Of a stretch of DNA of 64,000 nucleotides, positions 34,903 through 43,385 are shown one piece after another. The DNA comes from an uncultured Oscillospiraceae bacterium (lineage in GTDB: Bacteria > Bacillota > Clostridia > Oscillospirales > Oscillospiraceae): assembly GCA_947631595.1 (NCBI GenBank), contig CANRLZ010000004.1, positions 6,985 through 70,984 on the forward strand. The letters run 5' to 3'. The notes under the pieces were generated by a model that was not told where the DNA came from, did no database searches, and was given only the letters and a program-made list of their open reading frames with translations. The translations under genes and the position numbers were made by a program. Numbering within the stretch: position 1 is the stretch's first letter; every line of letters starts with the position of its first letter.

Positions 34903-37035
34903 ATGGAAGTGATCGTGGCCAAGTCCGCCGGGTTTTGCTACGGGGTGAAGCGGGCGGTGGAGATGGCCCAGGCGCTGGCGGCCTCCGGCAAACCCTGCGC
35001 CATGCTTGGCCCCGTCATCCACAACGACCACGTCATCGCCCAGCTGGAGGCCCAGGGCATGGCCCTGTGCGGCAGTGCGGACGACCTCCCCTCCGGCGTC
35101 ACGGTGCTGCTGCGCTCCCACGGGGAGCCAAAGGCGGTCTATGAGGCGCTGGAACAGGGCGGATGGGGCATCGAGGATGCGGTGTGCCCCAACGTCAAGC
35201 GCATCCACCAACTGGTGGCCCAGGCCGAGGCAGAGGGGCGCATCCCCCTCATCATCGGCGTGCCCACCCACCCGGAGGTGATGGCCATCGCCGGGTGGTG
35301 TTCTTCCCCAGTTGTGGAGGATGGGTTGGAAGGTTTGCAAAAATGGCTGAATGAGGATGAAAGCCGAAGAAATTTGCCCCTAACTATGGTGTCCCAGACC
35401 ACCGCCACCCAGGCGCAGTGGAAAAGTTGCGTAGAATTTGCAAAAAAGGTGTGTACAAATCTAAAAATCTTTGATACAATATGTAATGCTACCTATGTGC
35501 GGCAACAGGAGGCCCAGGAGCTGGCCGACCGGTGCGACGGGATGGTCGTCATCGGCGATCCCAAGAGTTCCAACACCCGCCGGCTCTTCCAACTCTGCCG
35601 TGAGCGGTGCGGTGTGGTGATCCAGGTCACCGACGCCGCGCGGCTGGATCCATCCCAATTCTCCGGGATGTCCAGGGTGGGCATCACCGCTGGGGCTTCC
35701 ACCCCGAGGTGGATAATAAAGGAGGTCTATGACACAATGAGCGACGAAAACATGATGGAGATCGAGGAATCCTTTGCTGAGATGCTGGAGAAATCGATCA
35801 AAACTTTGCATACGGGGGATAAGGTCACCGGCGTGGTCACTGAGATCAAGCCGACAGAAGTCTGCGTAGACCTGGGCACCAAGCACGCCGCCTACATTCC
35901 CCTGGATCAGCTCACCGACGATCCCAACGCCAAGGCCGAGGATCTGGTGAAGGTGGGCGACGAGATCGAGACCTTCGTGGTCCGGGTCAACGACCAGGAG
36001 GGCGTTGTCACCCTGTCCAAGAAGCGCCTGGACAGCGTGAAGAGCTGGGACGACATCGAGGCCGCCGTGGACAACCACGCCATCCTGGAGGGCGTTATCA
36101 CCGAGGAGAACAAGGGCGGCATCGTGGCCAGCGTCCGGGGCGTTCGGGTGTTCATCCCCGCCTCCCAGTCCGGCCAGCCCCGGGGCGCCGACCTCTCCCA
36201 GATGCTCAAGCAGAAGGTTCGTCTCCGCATCACCGAGGTCAACCGCTCCCGCCGCCGGGTGGTGGGTTCCATCCGCGCCGTGGAGCAGGAGGAGCGCAAC
36301 GCCAAGGCCGCCGAGGTGTGGGAGAACATCGAGGAGGGCAAGGTCTACCAGGGCGTGGTCAAGTCCCTGGTGAGCTACGGCGCCTTCGTGGACATCGGCG
36401 GCGTGGACGGCATGGTTCACATCTCCGAGCTGACCTGGTCCCGCATCAAGCACCCCTCCGAGGTGGTGAATGTGGGCGACCCCGTCACCGTCTACGTCCT
36501 CTCCTTTGACAAGGAGAAGCGCAAGATCTCCCTGGGTATGAAGGATCGCTCCCAGGATCCCTGGGCTCTGTTCCTGGAAAAGTACGACGTGGGCAGCGTG
36601 GTCACCGCCAAGGTGGTCAAACTCATGACCTTCGGCGCCTTCGCCGAGGTCATCCCCGGTGTGGACGGTCTGATCCACATCTCCCAGCTGGCCGACCATC
36701 GGGTGGAGAAGCCGGAGGACGTGGTGAGCGAGGGCCAGGAGGTCACCGTGATGATCACCGCCATCGACAAGGAGAACAAGAAGATCTCCCTGTCCATCCG
36801 GGCGCTTATCGAGGAGGCCCAGGCCGCCAAGGCTGCCCAGGCCGCTGAGGCCGCCATGGAGGAGGACGCCGTGGTGGCCGTGGCCGACGGCGAGAGCACC
36901 ACCGTGGCGCCCGCCTTCCAGGAGGAGGCCGCTCCCGCTGAGGAGGCTGCTCCCGCCGAGGAGGCCGCTCCCGCCGAGGAGGCCGCTCCCGCTGATGAGG
37001 CCGCTCCCGCTGAGGAGACTCCCGCCGCCGAGTAA
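34903..37035 (+). CDS. ispH: Fusion of 4-hydroxy-3-methylbut-2-enyl diphosphate reductase (IspH) and ribosomal protein S1 (four S1 domains)
   Basis: 710 aa. The N-terminal ~275 aa are IspH (GFCYGVKRAV, VSQTT, ICNATYVRQ, SSNTRRL). From about residue 279 there are repeated S1/OB domains (GDKVTGVV..., GKVYQGVVKSLVSYGAFVDIGGVDGMVHISE, GSVVTAKVVKLMTFGAFAEV). This fusion is widespread in Clostridia. Confidence 0.9.
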   Translation: MEVIVAKSAGFCYGVKRAVEMAQALAASGKPCAMLGPVIHNDHVIAQLEAQGMALCGSADDLPSGVTVLLRSHGEPKAVYEALEQGGWGIEDAVCPNVKRIHQLVAQAEAEGRIPLIIGVPTHPEVMAIAGWCSSPVVEDGLEGLQKWLNEDESRRNLPLTMVSQTTATQAQWKSCVEFAKKVCTNLKIFDTICNATYVRQQEAQELADRCDGMVVIGDPKSSNTRRLFQLCRERCGVVIQVTDAARLDPSQFSGMSRVGITAGASTPRWIIKEVYDTMSDENMMEIEESFAEMLEKSIKTLHTGDKVTGVVTEIKPTEVCVDLGTKHAAYIPLDQLTDDPNAKAEDLVKVGDEIETFVVRVNDQEGVVTLSKKRLDSVKSWDDIEAAVDNHAILEGVITEENKGGIVASVRGVRVFIPASQSGQPRGADLSQMLKQKVRLRITEVNRSRRRVVGSIRAVEQEERNAKAAEVWENIEEGKVYQGVVKSLVSYGAFVDIGGVDGMVHISELTWSRIKHPSEVVNVGDPVTVYVLSFDKEKRKISLGMKDRSQDPWALFLEKYDVGSVVTAKVVKLMTFGAFAEVIPGVDGLIHISQLADHRVEKPEDVVSEGQEVTVMITAIDKENKKISLSIRALIEEAQAAKAAQAAEAAMEEDAVVAVADGESTTVAPAFQEEAAPAEEAAPAEEAAPAEEAAPADEAAPAEETPAAE
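35452..35480 (+). promoter_or_regulatory. Candidate internal extended -10 promoter inside the ispH module
   Basis: TGTACA (35452-35457), 17-nt spacer, TGaTACAAT (35472-35480). It sits in a ~31% GC patch of an otherwise GC-rich CDS. Confidence 0.3.
36922..37011. repeat. Five 18-bp tandem repeats encoding (EEAAPA)5 at the C-terminus of the IspH-S1 protein
   Basis: gaggaggccgctcccgc(t/c) repeated in frame, with few substitutions. Confidence 0.85.
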
Positions 37036-37051
37036 ACCGTTCCCCTATCAA

Positions 37052-37085
37052 GATAGGCACGCCGTGCCGGCGTGCCTATCTTTTT
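37052..37085 (+). terminator. Terminator after ispH-rpsA
   Basis: 12-bp stem gataggcacgcc/ggcgtgcctatc with loop gtgcc, followed by ttttt. Confidence 0.8.
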
Positions 37086-37108
37086 GCCACCAGAGAGGAA
37101 GTGACGCC

Positions 37109-39679
37109 GTGCTCACCCAACATGAGGCCCAGGAGTTTCGCGCCCTGCGCCGCCAGGCCATCGCCCTGGACTACCCCGACCTGAACCCCCAGCAGCTGGA
37201 GGGCGTGCTGGACACCCAGGGTCCCCTGCTCCTCCTGGCCGGGGCGGGCAGCGGGAAGACCACGGTGCTCATCCATCGCGTGGCCAACCTCCTCACCTAC
37301 GGCAAGGGGTCCGACTGTTCCGACGTGCCGGGATCGGTCACCGGGGAGGATCTGGAGTTTCTGCGGCGGTATGTGGCGGACAAGGGGCAGGGCGACCGGG
37401 GTCGGATGCGGGCGCTGTGCGCGGTGGAGCCGGCGCTCCCCTGGTCCATCCTGGCCATCACCTTCACCAACAAGGCCGCAGGGGAGTTGAAGGAGCGGCT
37501 GGCTGACCGCCTCGGGCCGGAACTGGCCGGGGACGTGTGGGCGGCCACCTTCCACTCCGCCTGCCTGCGCATCCTCCGCCGGGATATCCACCGGCTGGGG
37601 TTCGACCCCTCCTTCACCATTTACGACACCGACGACTCCCTCCGGGTCATCAAGGACATCCTCAAGACCAGAAACATGGACGACAAGATCTTTGCCCCCC
37701 GGGCCATCCTGGGACTGATCTCCAAGGCCAAGGATCAGGAGCTTCTGGCCGGGGCTTACGCCCAGCGGCAGAAGAAGACGGGAGACGTCTATCTGATGAA
37801 GGCCGCCGAGGTCTACGAGGAGTACCAAAAGCGCCTCTGGGACGCGGGGGCGCTGGATTTTGACGACCTGATCCTCCACACCGTCCGGCTGCTGGACGGC
37901 AACGAGGAGGTCAGGGCCTACTACCAGAACAAATTCCGCTACGTCCTCATCGACGAGTACCAGGACACCAACACCCTCCAGTACCGCCTGGCCTCCCTGC
38001 TGGCGGGGGAGCGGAAAAACATCTGCGTGGTGGGCGACGACGACCAGTCCATCTACCGCTTCCGGGGCGCCACCATCGAGAACATCCTGTCCTTCGAGAA
38101 CCAGTATCCCGGCGCGCGGGTCATCCGCCTGGAGCAGAACTACCGCTCCACCGGGCACATCCTGGACGCCTCCAACGCCGTCATCGCCAACAACCAGGGG
38201 CGCAAGGGCAAGACCCTCTGGACCCGGAAGGGCCAGGGGGAAAAGCTCTGGCACTACACCGCCATGAACGAGTCGGACGAGGCGAAATACGTGGCGACCC
38301 AGATCCTGGACGCCGTGCGGCAGGGCAAGCGTTTTCAGGACCACGCCGTCCTCTACCGCATGAACGCCCAGTCCAACCAGATCGAAAACGCCCTAAAGCG
38401 GGAGGGCATCCCCTACCGCATCTACGGCGGCACCCGGTTCTTCGACCGGGCGGAGGTGAAGGATATGCTGGCCTACCTGGCTGTCCTCCACAACCCCGCC
38501 GACGACCTGCGGCTGCTGCGCATCGTGAACAACCCGCCCCGGGGCATCGGCGCCACCACCCTGGAGCGGGCGCAGACCATCGCCGCCGGTCAGGGCGTCT
38601 CCCTGTGGGAGGTCATCTCCCAGGCCCAGCGCTACCCGGGGCTGGAAAAGGCCGCCGGGCGGCTGGACGCCTTTGTCCACCTGATGACCCAGCTCCACGA
38701 GCTGCTGCCCACCATGCCGCTGAACGACTTTTATGAGGAGCTGATGGCCCGCACCGGCTACGCGGTCATGCTGGAGACCCGGGGCACCGTGGAGGACGCG
38801 GGGCGGCTGGAGAACATCCGGGAGCTGCTCACCTCCATCAACGGCTACCTGGAAGAGGCAGGCCCGGAGGCCAGTCTGGCGGGATTTTTGGACATGATCT
38901 CCCTCTACACCACCCTGGACGACGGGGAGGCCGGAGACAACTGCGTCAGCATTATGACCATGCACTCCGCCAAGGGGCTGGAGTTCCCCACCGTCTTTCT
39001 GGTGGGCATGGAGGACGGGGTGTTTCCCAGCCTGCGCTCCATCGGGGACCCGGAGGAGATGGAGGAGGAGCGACGGCTCTGTTACGTGGCCATGACCCGG
39101 GCCAAGGAGCGGCTCTACCTCATCTCCGCGGCCCAGCGGATGCTCTTCGGGCACACCACCTACAACCAGCCCTCCCGGTTCGTCCGGGAGATCCCGGAGG
39201 AGTACCTTCAGCGGGAGGGCAACGAACCCCTCCCCCGCCGGAACCCCCTGGAGGACTGGGGCGGGGAGGTCACGGTGGAGCGGCCCAGCGGCTACCCCAG
39301 CTACCGCGCGTCCGACTCCCCCTTCTCCAGCACCCGCTACCGCCCCGGCGGCTCCCGGCGCTCCGCCGCCGGCACCTTCCGGGAGTACGGCTTTGAGGAG
39401 GACATGGACGGCTCCCAGGGCGTCTTTACCCGTGGCCGCCGCCCCGCCTCCGCCGCCACCGTCTCCACCGGGCGCACCGCGGCCAAGTCCGCCGGGGCTG
39501 CCGCCCCCCTGCCCGACTTCAAGGTTGGCGACCAGGTGGATCACTCCGCCTTTGGCCCCGGCCTCGTCCTGGCTCTGAAGCCCATGGGCGGGGACGCGCT
39601 CATCGAGATCGCCTTTGACAAGGTGGGGACCAAGCGGCTGATGCTGAAAAGCGCCGCCCAGCACATGAAAAAGCTGTAA
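37109..39679 (+). CDS. pcrA: ATP-dependent DNA helicase PcrA (UvrD family)
   Basis: Track ORF 36995..39679 trimmed to the in-frame GTG at 37109 (AGAGGAAG RBS). Carries LNPQQLEGV, the Walker A motif AGAGSGKTTVL and the DEYQDTN box. Confidence 0.9.
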   Translation: MLTQHEAQEFRALRRQAIALDYPDLNPQQLEGVLDTQGPLLLLAGAGSGKTTVLIHRVANLLTYGKGSDCSDVPGSVTGEDLEFLRRYVADKGQGDRGRMRALCAVEPALPWSILAITFTNKAAGELKERLADRLGPELAGDVWAATFHSACLRILRRDIHRLGFDPSFTIYDTDDSLRVIKDILKTRNMDDKIFAPRAILGLISKAKDQELLAGAYAQRQKKTGDVYLMKAAEVYEEYQKRLWDAGALDFDDLILHTVRLLDGNEEVRAYYQNKFRYVLIDEYQDTNTLQYRLASLLAGERKNICVVGDDDQSIYRFRGATIENILSFENQYPGARVIRLEQNYRSTGHILDASNAVIANNQGRKGKTLWTRKGQGEKLWHYTAMNESDEAKYVATQILDAVRQGKRFQDHAVLYRMNAQSNQIENALKREGIPYRIYGGTRFFDRAEVKDMLAYLAVLHNPADDLRLLRIVNNPPRGIGATTLERAQTIAAGQGVSLWEVISQAQRYPGLEKAAGRLDAFVHLMTQLHELLPTMPLNDFYEELMARTGYAVMLETRGTVEDAGRLENIRELLTSINGYLEEAGPEASLAGFLDMISLYTTLDDGEAGDNCVSIMTMHSAKGLEFPTVFLVGMEDGVFPSLRSIGDPEEMEEERRLCYVAMTRAKERLYLISAAQRMLFGHTTYNQPSRFVREIPEEYLQREGNEPLPRRNPLEDWGGEVTVERPSGYPSYRASDSPFSSTRYRPGGSRRSAAGTFREYGFEEDMDGSQGVFTRGRRPASAATVSTGRTAAKSAGAAAPLPDFKVGDQVDHSAFGPGLVLALKPMGGDALIEIAFDKVGTKRLMLKSAAQHMKKL

Positions 39680-39939
39680 AGCCTACCCCCTTTACGGCTT
39701 CGGCCAAAAGCGCCGGGGAGGGTCTTTTGCCTCCCGGATATAATCGCCGCCAGCCCTTGGGCCGCAAGAGGTTTCGCCGGTTTTCCCCTGCCGGGGCCGA
39801 AGGCGGCGCGGCGGGGTACGCCGGTCGCAGTCGTCCCTAACCCTGTCAAGTTTTATCCCTTTACATAGTTTTCGGGGCAAACCGCCCCGCTCCACCGCCT
39901 CGTCTCAGGCATAACACCCCCTAAAAGGAGAAGTCAACC

Positions 39940-40857
39940 ATGGCACAGGAACGCAAACCCATCTGGCCTCAGCTGCTCATGGTGGCCGCCACCATCATCT
40001 GGGGGTCGTCCTTCCTCATTATGAAGCAGGCGGTGGACGGCATCCCCGTCTTTTATCTGCTGGCGGTGCGCTTCTCGCTGGGCGCCGGGCTACTGGCGGT
40101 GGTCTTCGCCCCCCGGTGGAAGCGGATGGACCGGGCCACTCTTCGGGGCGGGTGCGTGCTGGGCCTTCTCATGGAGGCGGCGTACATCTTCCAGACCTAC
40201 GGCCTGGACGGCCTGGGGCCGCTCCAGGGGACGACGCCGGGGAAAAACGCCTTTTTCACCGGGATCTACTGCGTCCTGGTGCCCTTTTTCTCCTGGCTCT
40301 TGTTCCACAAACGGCCTGACCTCTACAACGTGACCGCCGCCGTGCTGTGCGTGGCGGGGGTGGGGCTTGTCTCCCTGGGCGGCGAGACCAGCCTGGTGGG
40401 CGGCGACGTGCTCACCATGCTGGGCGGCGTGATGTTCGCCCTGCACATTTTGGCGGTGCCCCGGTACGCGGAAAAGTCCGATGTGATCCTGCTCACCATC
40501 CTCCAGTTCGCCACCATGGCGCTCACCTCCTGGGTGGGGGTGCTGTTCACCGGGGAGACGCCCACCCAGGCCCTCCCCCCTGCCGACCTGCTGCGCATCG
40601 GGTATCTGGCGGTGTTCGCCACCGCCCTGGCGCTCCTGTTCCAAAACATCGGCCAGGCCCGGACGCCCCCCGCCGCGGCGGCGGTGCTGCTCAGTCTGGA
40701 GGCGCCCTTCGGGGTGCTGTTCTCCGTCCTCTTCGGCAACGAGCGGCCCACCCCGGCCATGTACGCCGGCTTTGCCGTCATCTTCTTCGCCATCATCCTC
40801 TCCGAGACCAAGCTGTCCTTCCTGCCCTGGCGAAAAAAAGTTGCAAAGGGGACTTGA
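39940..40857 (+). CDS. DMT-superfamily (EamA-like) transporter
   Basis: 305 aa, about 10 TM segments, two EamA-like halves. AAGGAG RBS. Confidence 0.85.
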   Translation: MAQERKPIWPQLLMVAATIIWGSSFLIMKQAVDGIPVFYLLAVRFSLGAGLLAVVFAPRWKRMDRATLRGGCVLGLLMEAAYIFQTYGLDGLGPLQGTTPGKNAFFTGIYCVLVPFFSWLLFHKRPDLYNVTAAVLCVAGVGLVSLGGETSLVGGDVLTMLGGVMFALHILAVPRYAEKSDVILLTILQFATMALTSWVGVLFTGETPTQALPPADLLRIGYLAVFATALALLFQNIGQARTPPAAAAVLLSLEAPFGVLFSVLFGNERPTPAMYAGFAVIFFAIILSETKLSFLPWRKKVAKGT

Positions 40858-40882
40858 CAAACCGCCGCGAGGCGCATATAAT
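40854..40882 (+). promoter_or_regulatory. Consensus sigma-A promoter of the T-box/ABC operon
   Basis: TTGACA (40854-40859), exactly 17 nt, TATAAT (40877-40882). The TGA stop of the EamA gene (40855-40857) lies inside the -35 hexamer. Confidence 0.7.
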
Positions 40883-40889
40883 GCGGGTA

Positions 40890-41184
40890 ATGATTTGAAT
40901 ACGGCAAACCGATGAGGAAGTAAAGTACCCAGCGAAAAGCTGAGCCGTAGCGAGTCCCGGACGGTGTGAGCGGGGCGTGAGGCGGCTGGGGAATGGCCTT
41001 CCGAGGGCGGGCTGAACGGCGAGGTTTTGAGATCGCCTAGTAGTTCCCGACGGGTCCCCTCCCGTTAGAGCGCGGGGTCGAGTATGATGGTACTCGAAAG
41101 CGAGTGGGCGTCTCCGGACGCCAATTTGGGTGGTATCGCAGGAGCAAGAGCTTTTGTCCCATGGTCGGGGCAAGAGCTTTTTTG
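40890..41184 (+). promoter_or_regulatory. T-box riboswitch leader, specifier codon UGG (Trp)
   Basis: K-turn GAUGA (40911-15). Specifier loop with AGUA on the 5' side and GAA-UGG-C on the 3' side (40991-40997), closed by GGAAG/CUUCC and CCCAGC/GCUGGG. Distal AGCGAGUC and GGUGUGAGC elements. T-box sequence AAUUUGGGUGGUAUCGCAGG (41123-41142). Terminator at 41149-41184. Confidence 0.85.
41149..41184 (+). terminator. T-box attenuator terminator
   Basis: Stem agcttttgtccc/ggggcaagagct (two G-U pairs) with loop atggtc, followed by tttttt. Confidence 0.75.
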
Positions 41185-41256
41185 TTTCTCGGCAAACTCC
41201 GGCAAGGTTTCGCCCTCCATCTGCCGCCCAAATCAAAAAAATTGGAGGTAACTATC

Positions 41257-42345
41257 ATGAAAAAGCGCAACGTTCTTCGCAAATTCCTGGCCCTGTCCCT
41301 GTCCCTTGTCCTGGTCCTGGCCCTGGCCGCCTGCGGCGGCGACAAGGCGCCCGCCGAAAGCGCCGCCCCCAGCGACGCCGCCACCGCCGACGGCGCCACC
41401 ACCTATAAGATCGGCCTCTGCAACTACGTGGACGACGCCTCTCTGAACCAGATCGTGGAGAACATCCAGAACCAGCTCGCCGCTATCGGCGAGGAGCGCG
41501 GCGTCACCTTTGAGGTGGACTACGACAACTGCAACGCCGACGACGCGGTGATGGAGCAGATCATCCAGAACTTCATCGCCGACGATGTGGACCTGATGGT
41601 GGGCGTGGCCACCCCCGTGGCGATGAAGATGCAGGCCGCCACCGAGGACAACCAGATCCCCGTGGTGTTCTCCGCCGTCTCCGACCCCGTGAGCGCCCAG
41701 CTGGTGGACTCCCTGGAGGCCCCCGGCGCCAACATCACCGGCACCTCCGACTACCTGGACACCAACGCCGTGATGAACCTCATCTTCGCCGTTGACCCCC
41801 TGGCTGACAAGGTCGGGCTGCTGTACGACCAGGGCCAGGACTCCTCCACCACCCCCGTGGCCCAGGCTAAGGAGTATCTGGACGCCAAGGGCGTGGAGTA
41901 CGTGGAGCGCACCGGCACCACCGTGGACGAGGTCAAGCTGGCCGCCCAGGCGCTGATCGCCGACGGCGTGGACGCCATCTTCACCGCCTCCGACAACACC
42001 ATCATGACCGCCGAGCTGTCCATCTACGAGGATCTGGCCGCCGCGGGCATCCCCCACTACACCGGCGCGGACTCCTTCGCCCTCAACGGCGCGTTCCTGG
42101 GTTACGGTGTGGACTACGCCAACCTGGGCGTGGAGACCGCTAAGATGGTCGCCTCCATCCTCCTGGACGGGGCTGACCCCGCCACCACCCCCGTTATGAC
42201 CTTCGACAACGGCACCGCCACCGTGAACACCGAGACCTGCGCGGCCCTGAACCTGGACTTTGAGTCCGTCAAGAGCGTCATCGCCCCCTTCTGCACCGAG
42301 GTGAAGGAGATCACCACCGCCGAGAGCTTTGGGGACGCCCAGTAA
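41257..42345 (+). CDS. ABC transporter substrate-binding lipoprotein (ABC_sub_bind type, putative Trp/Tyr uptake system)
   Basis: Trimmed to the ATG at 41257 (GGAGG RBS), because the upstream part of the track ORF overlaps the T-box leader. Lipobox LALAAC. Start YKIGLCNYVDDASLNQ is typical of this SBP family. Confidence 0.8.
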   Translation: MKKRNVLRKFLALSLSLVLVLALAACGGDKAPAESAAPSDAATADGATTYKIGLCNYVDDASLNQIVENIQNQLAAIGEERGVTFEVDYDNCNADDAVMEQIIQNFIADDVDLMVGVATPVAMKMQAATEDNQIPVVFSAVSDPVSAQLVDSLEAPGANITGTSDYLDTNAVMNLIFAVDPLADKVGLLYDQGQDSSTTPVAQAKEYLDAKGVEYVERTGTTVDEVKLAAQALIADGVDAIFTASDNTIMTAELSIYEDLAAAGIPHYTGADSFALNGAFLGYGVDYANLGVETAKMVASILLDGADPATTPVMTFDNGTATVNTETCAALNLDFESVKSVIAPFCTEVKEITTAESFGDAQ

Positions 42346-42416
42346 TTCGCAAGCATAAGACCTGAGGGGGGCGGGAACGAACTCCCGCCCCCCATTTTGA
42401 TAAGGAGGGAACTCCC

Positions 42417-43382
42417 ATGGACCTGTTGGCCGTCCTGGGCCTGGGCCAGACCGCGCTGGAGCTGGGGCTGATCTGCTCGCTGACCACGCTGGCCCTCTTC
42501 TTGAGCTACTCCATGCTCAACGTCTGCGACCTGTCCACCGACGGGTGCTTCACCCTGGGCGCGGCGGTGGGCGCGGTGGTCGCCATCTCCGGCCACCCCC
42601 TGCTGTCCATCCCGGCGGCCATGCTGGCTGGGATGTGCTCCGGGTTTGTCACCGCCTTTTTGCAGACCCGGATGGGGGTGGACAGCCTCCTGGCCGGCAT
42701 CATCGTCAACACCGGGCTCTACTCCATCAACATCGCCATCATGGGCGGCTCCTCCCTGCTCAACATGAACAAGACCACCACCGTGTTCACCATGGCCAAG
42801 AGCGCCCTGGCCAACACCCCCCTGGCCGGGCAGTACGACCTGCTCACCGTGATCGCGGCGGTGGCGCTGATGCTGGTCATTCTGGTACTCTTCCTGAAGA
42901 CCAAGCTGGGCCTTTCCATCCAGGCCACCGGGGACAACCCGGACATGGTGCGCTCCTCCTCTGTCAGCCCCATCTTCACCACCACCGTGGGGCTGTGCCT
43001 GTCCAACTCCCTCACGGGCCTGTCGGGGTGTCTGCTGGCCCAGAGCCAGAAGTCGGTGAACATCGACATCGGCTCCGGGATGCTCACCATCGCCCTGGCC
43101 TCCCTGCTCATCGGCCGTACCCTCATGGGCCGGGGCGGCATCCCCATCCGGGCGGTGGGAATGCTCGTCGGCTCCTTCATCTTCCGGCTGGTGTACACCA
43201 TCGCCCTGCGGTTCAATATGCCGGGCTTCATGCTGAAGCTGGTCTCCTCCATCATCGTGGTGCTGGCTATCTTCCTGCCCTACCTGAAGAGCCGCTCGCC
43301 GGAGATCGCCCGGCAGCTCAGCGTCCGCTTCCCGCGGCTCTTCCCCGCCAAGGGCCGGGAGACGGCGGGAAAGGAGGGGTGA
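42417..43382 (+). CDS. ABC transporter permease of the same system
   Basis: 321 aa, polytopic, branched-chain-type permease fold. Lies directly between the SBP and ATPase genes. Confidence 0.8.
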   Translation: MDLLAVLGLGQTALELGLICSLTTLALFLSYSMLNVCDLSTDGCFTLGAAVGAVVAISGHPLLSIPAAMLAGMCSGFVTAFLQTRMGVDSLLAGIIVNTGLYSINIAIMGGSSLLNMNKTTTVFTMAKSALANTPLAGQYDLLTVIAAVALMLVILVLFLKTKLGLSIQATGDNPDMVRSSSVSPIFTTTVGLCLSNSLTGLSGCLLAQSQKSVNIDIGSGMLTIALASLLIGRTLMGRGGIPIRAVGMLVGSFIFRLVYTIALRFNMPGFMLKLVSSIIVVLAIFLPYLKSRSPEIARQLSVRFPRLFPAKGRETAGKEG

Positions 43383-43385
43383 GGG

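Noticed and set aside
39692-39895. 67-aa and 102-aa minus-strand ORFs (39692..39895 and 39541..39849) in the pcrA-EamA spacer
   Set aside because: They are Arg/Pro/Gly-rich with no RBS and partly overlap the pcrA 3' end, so they are most likely GC artefacts. The region is reported instead as unassigned structured DNA.
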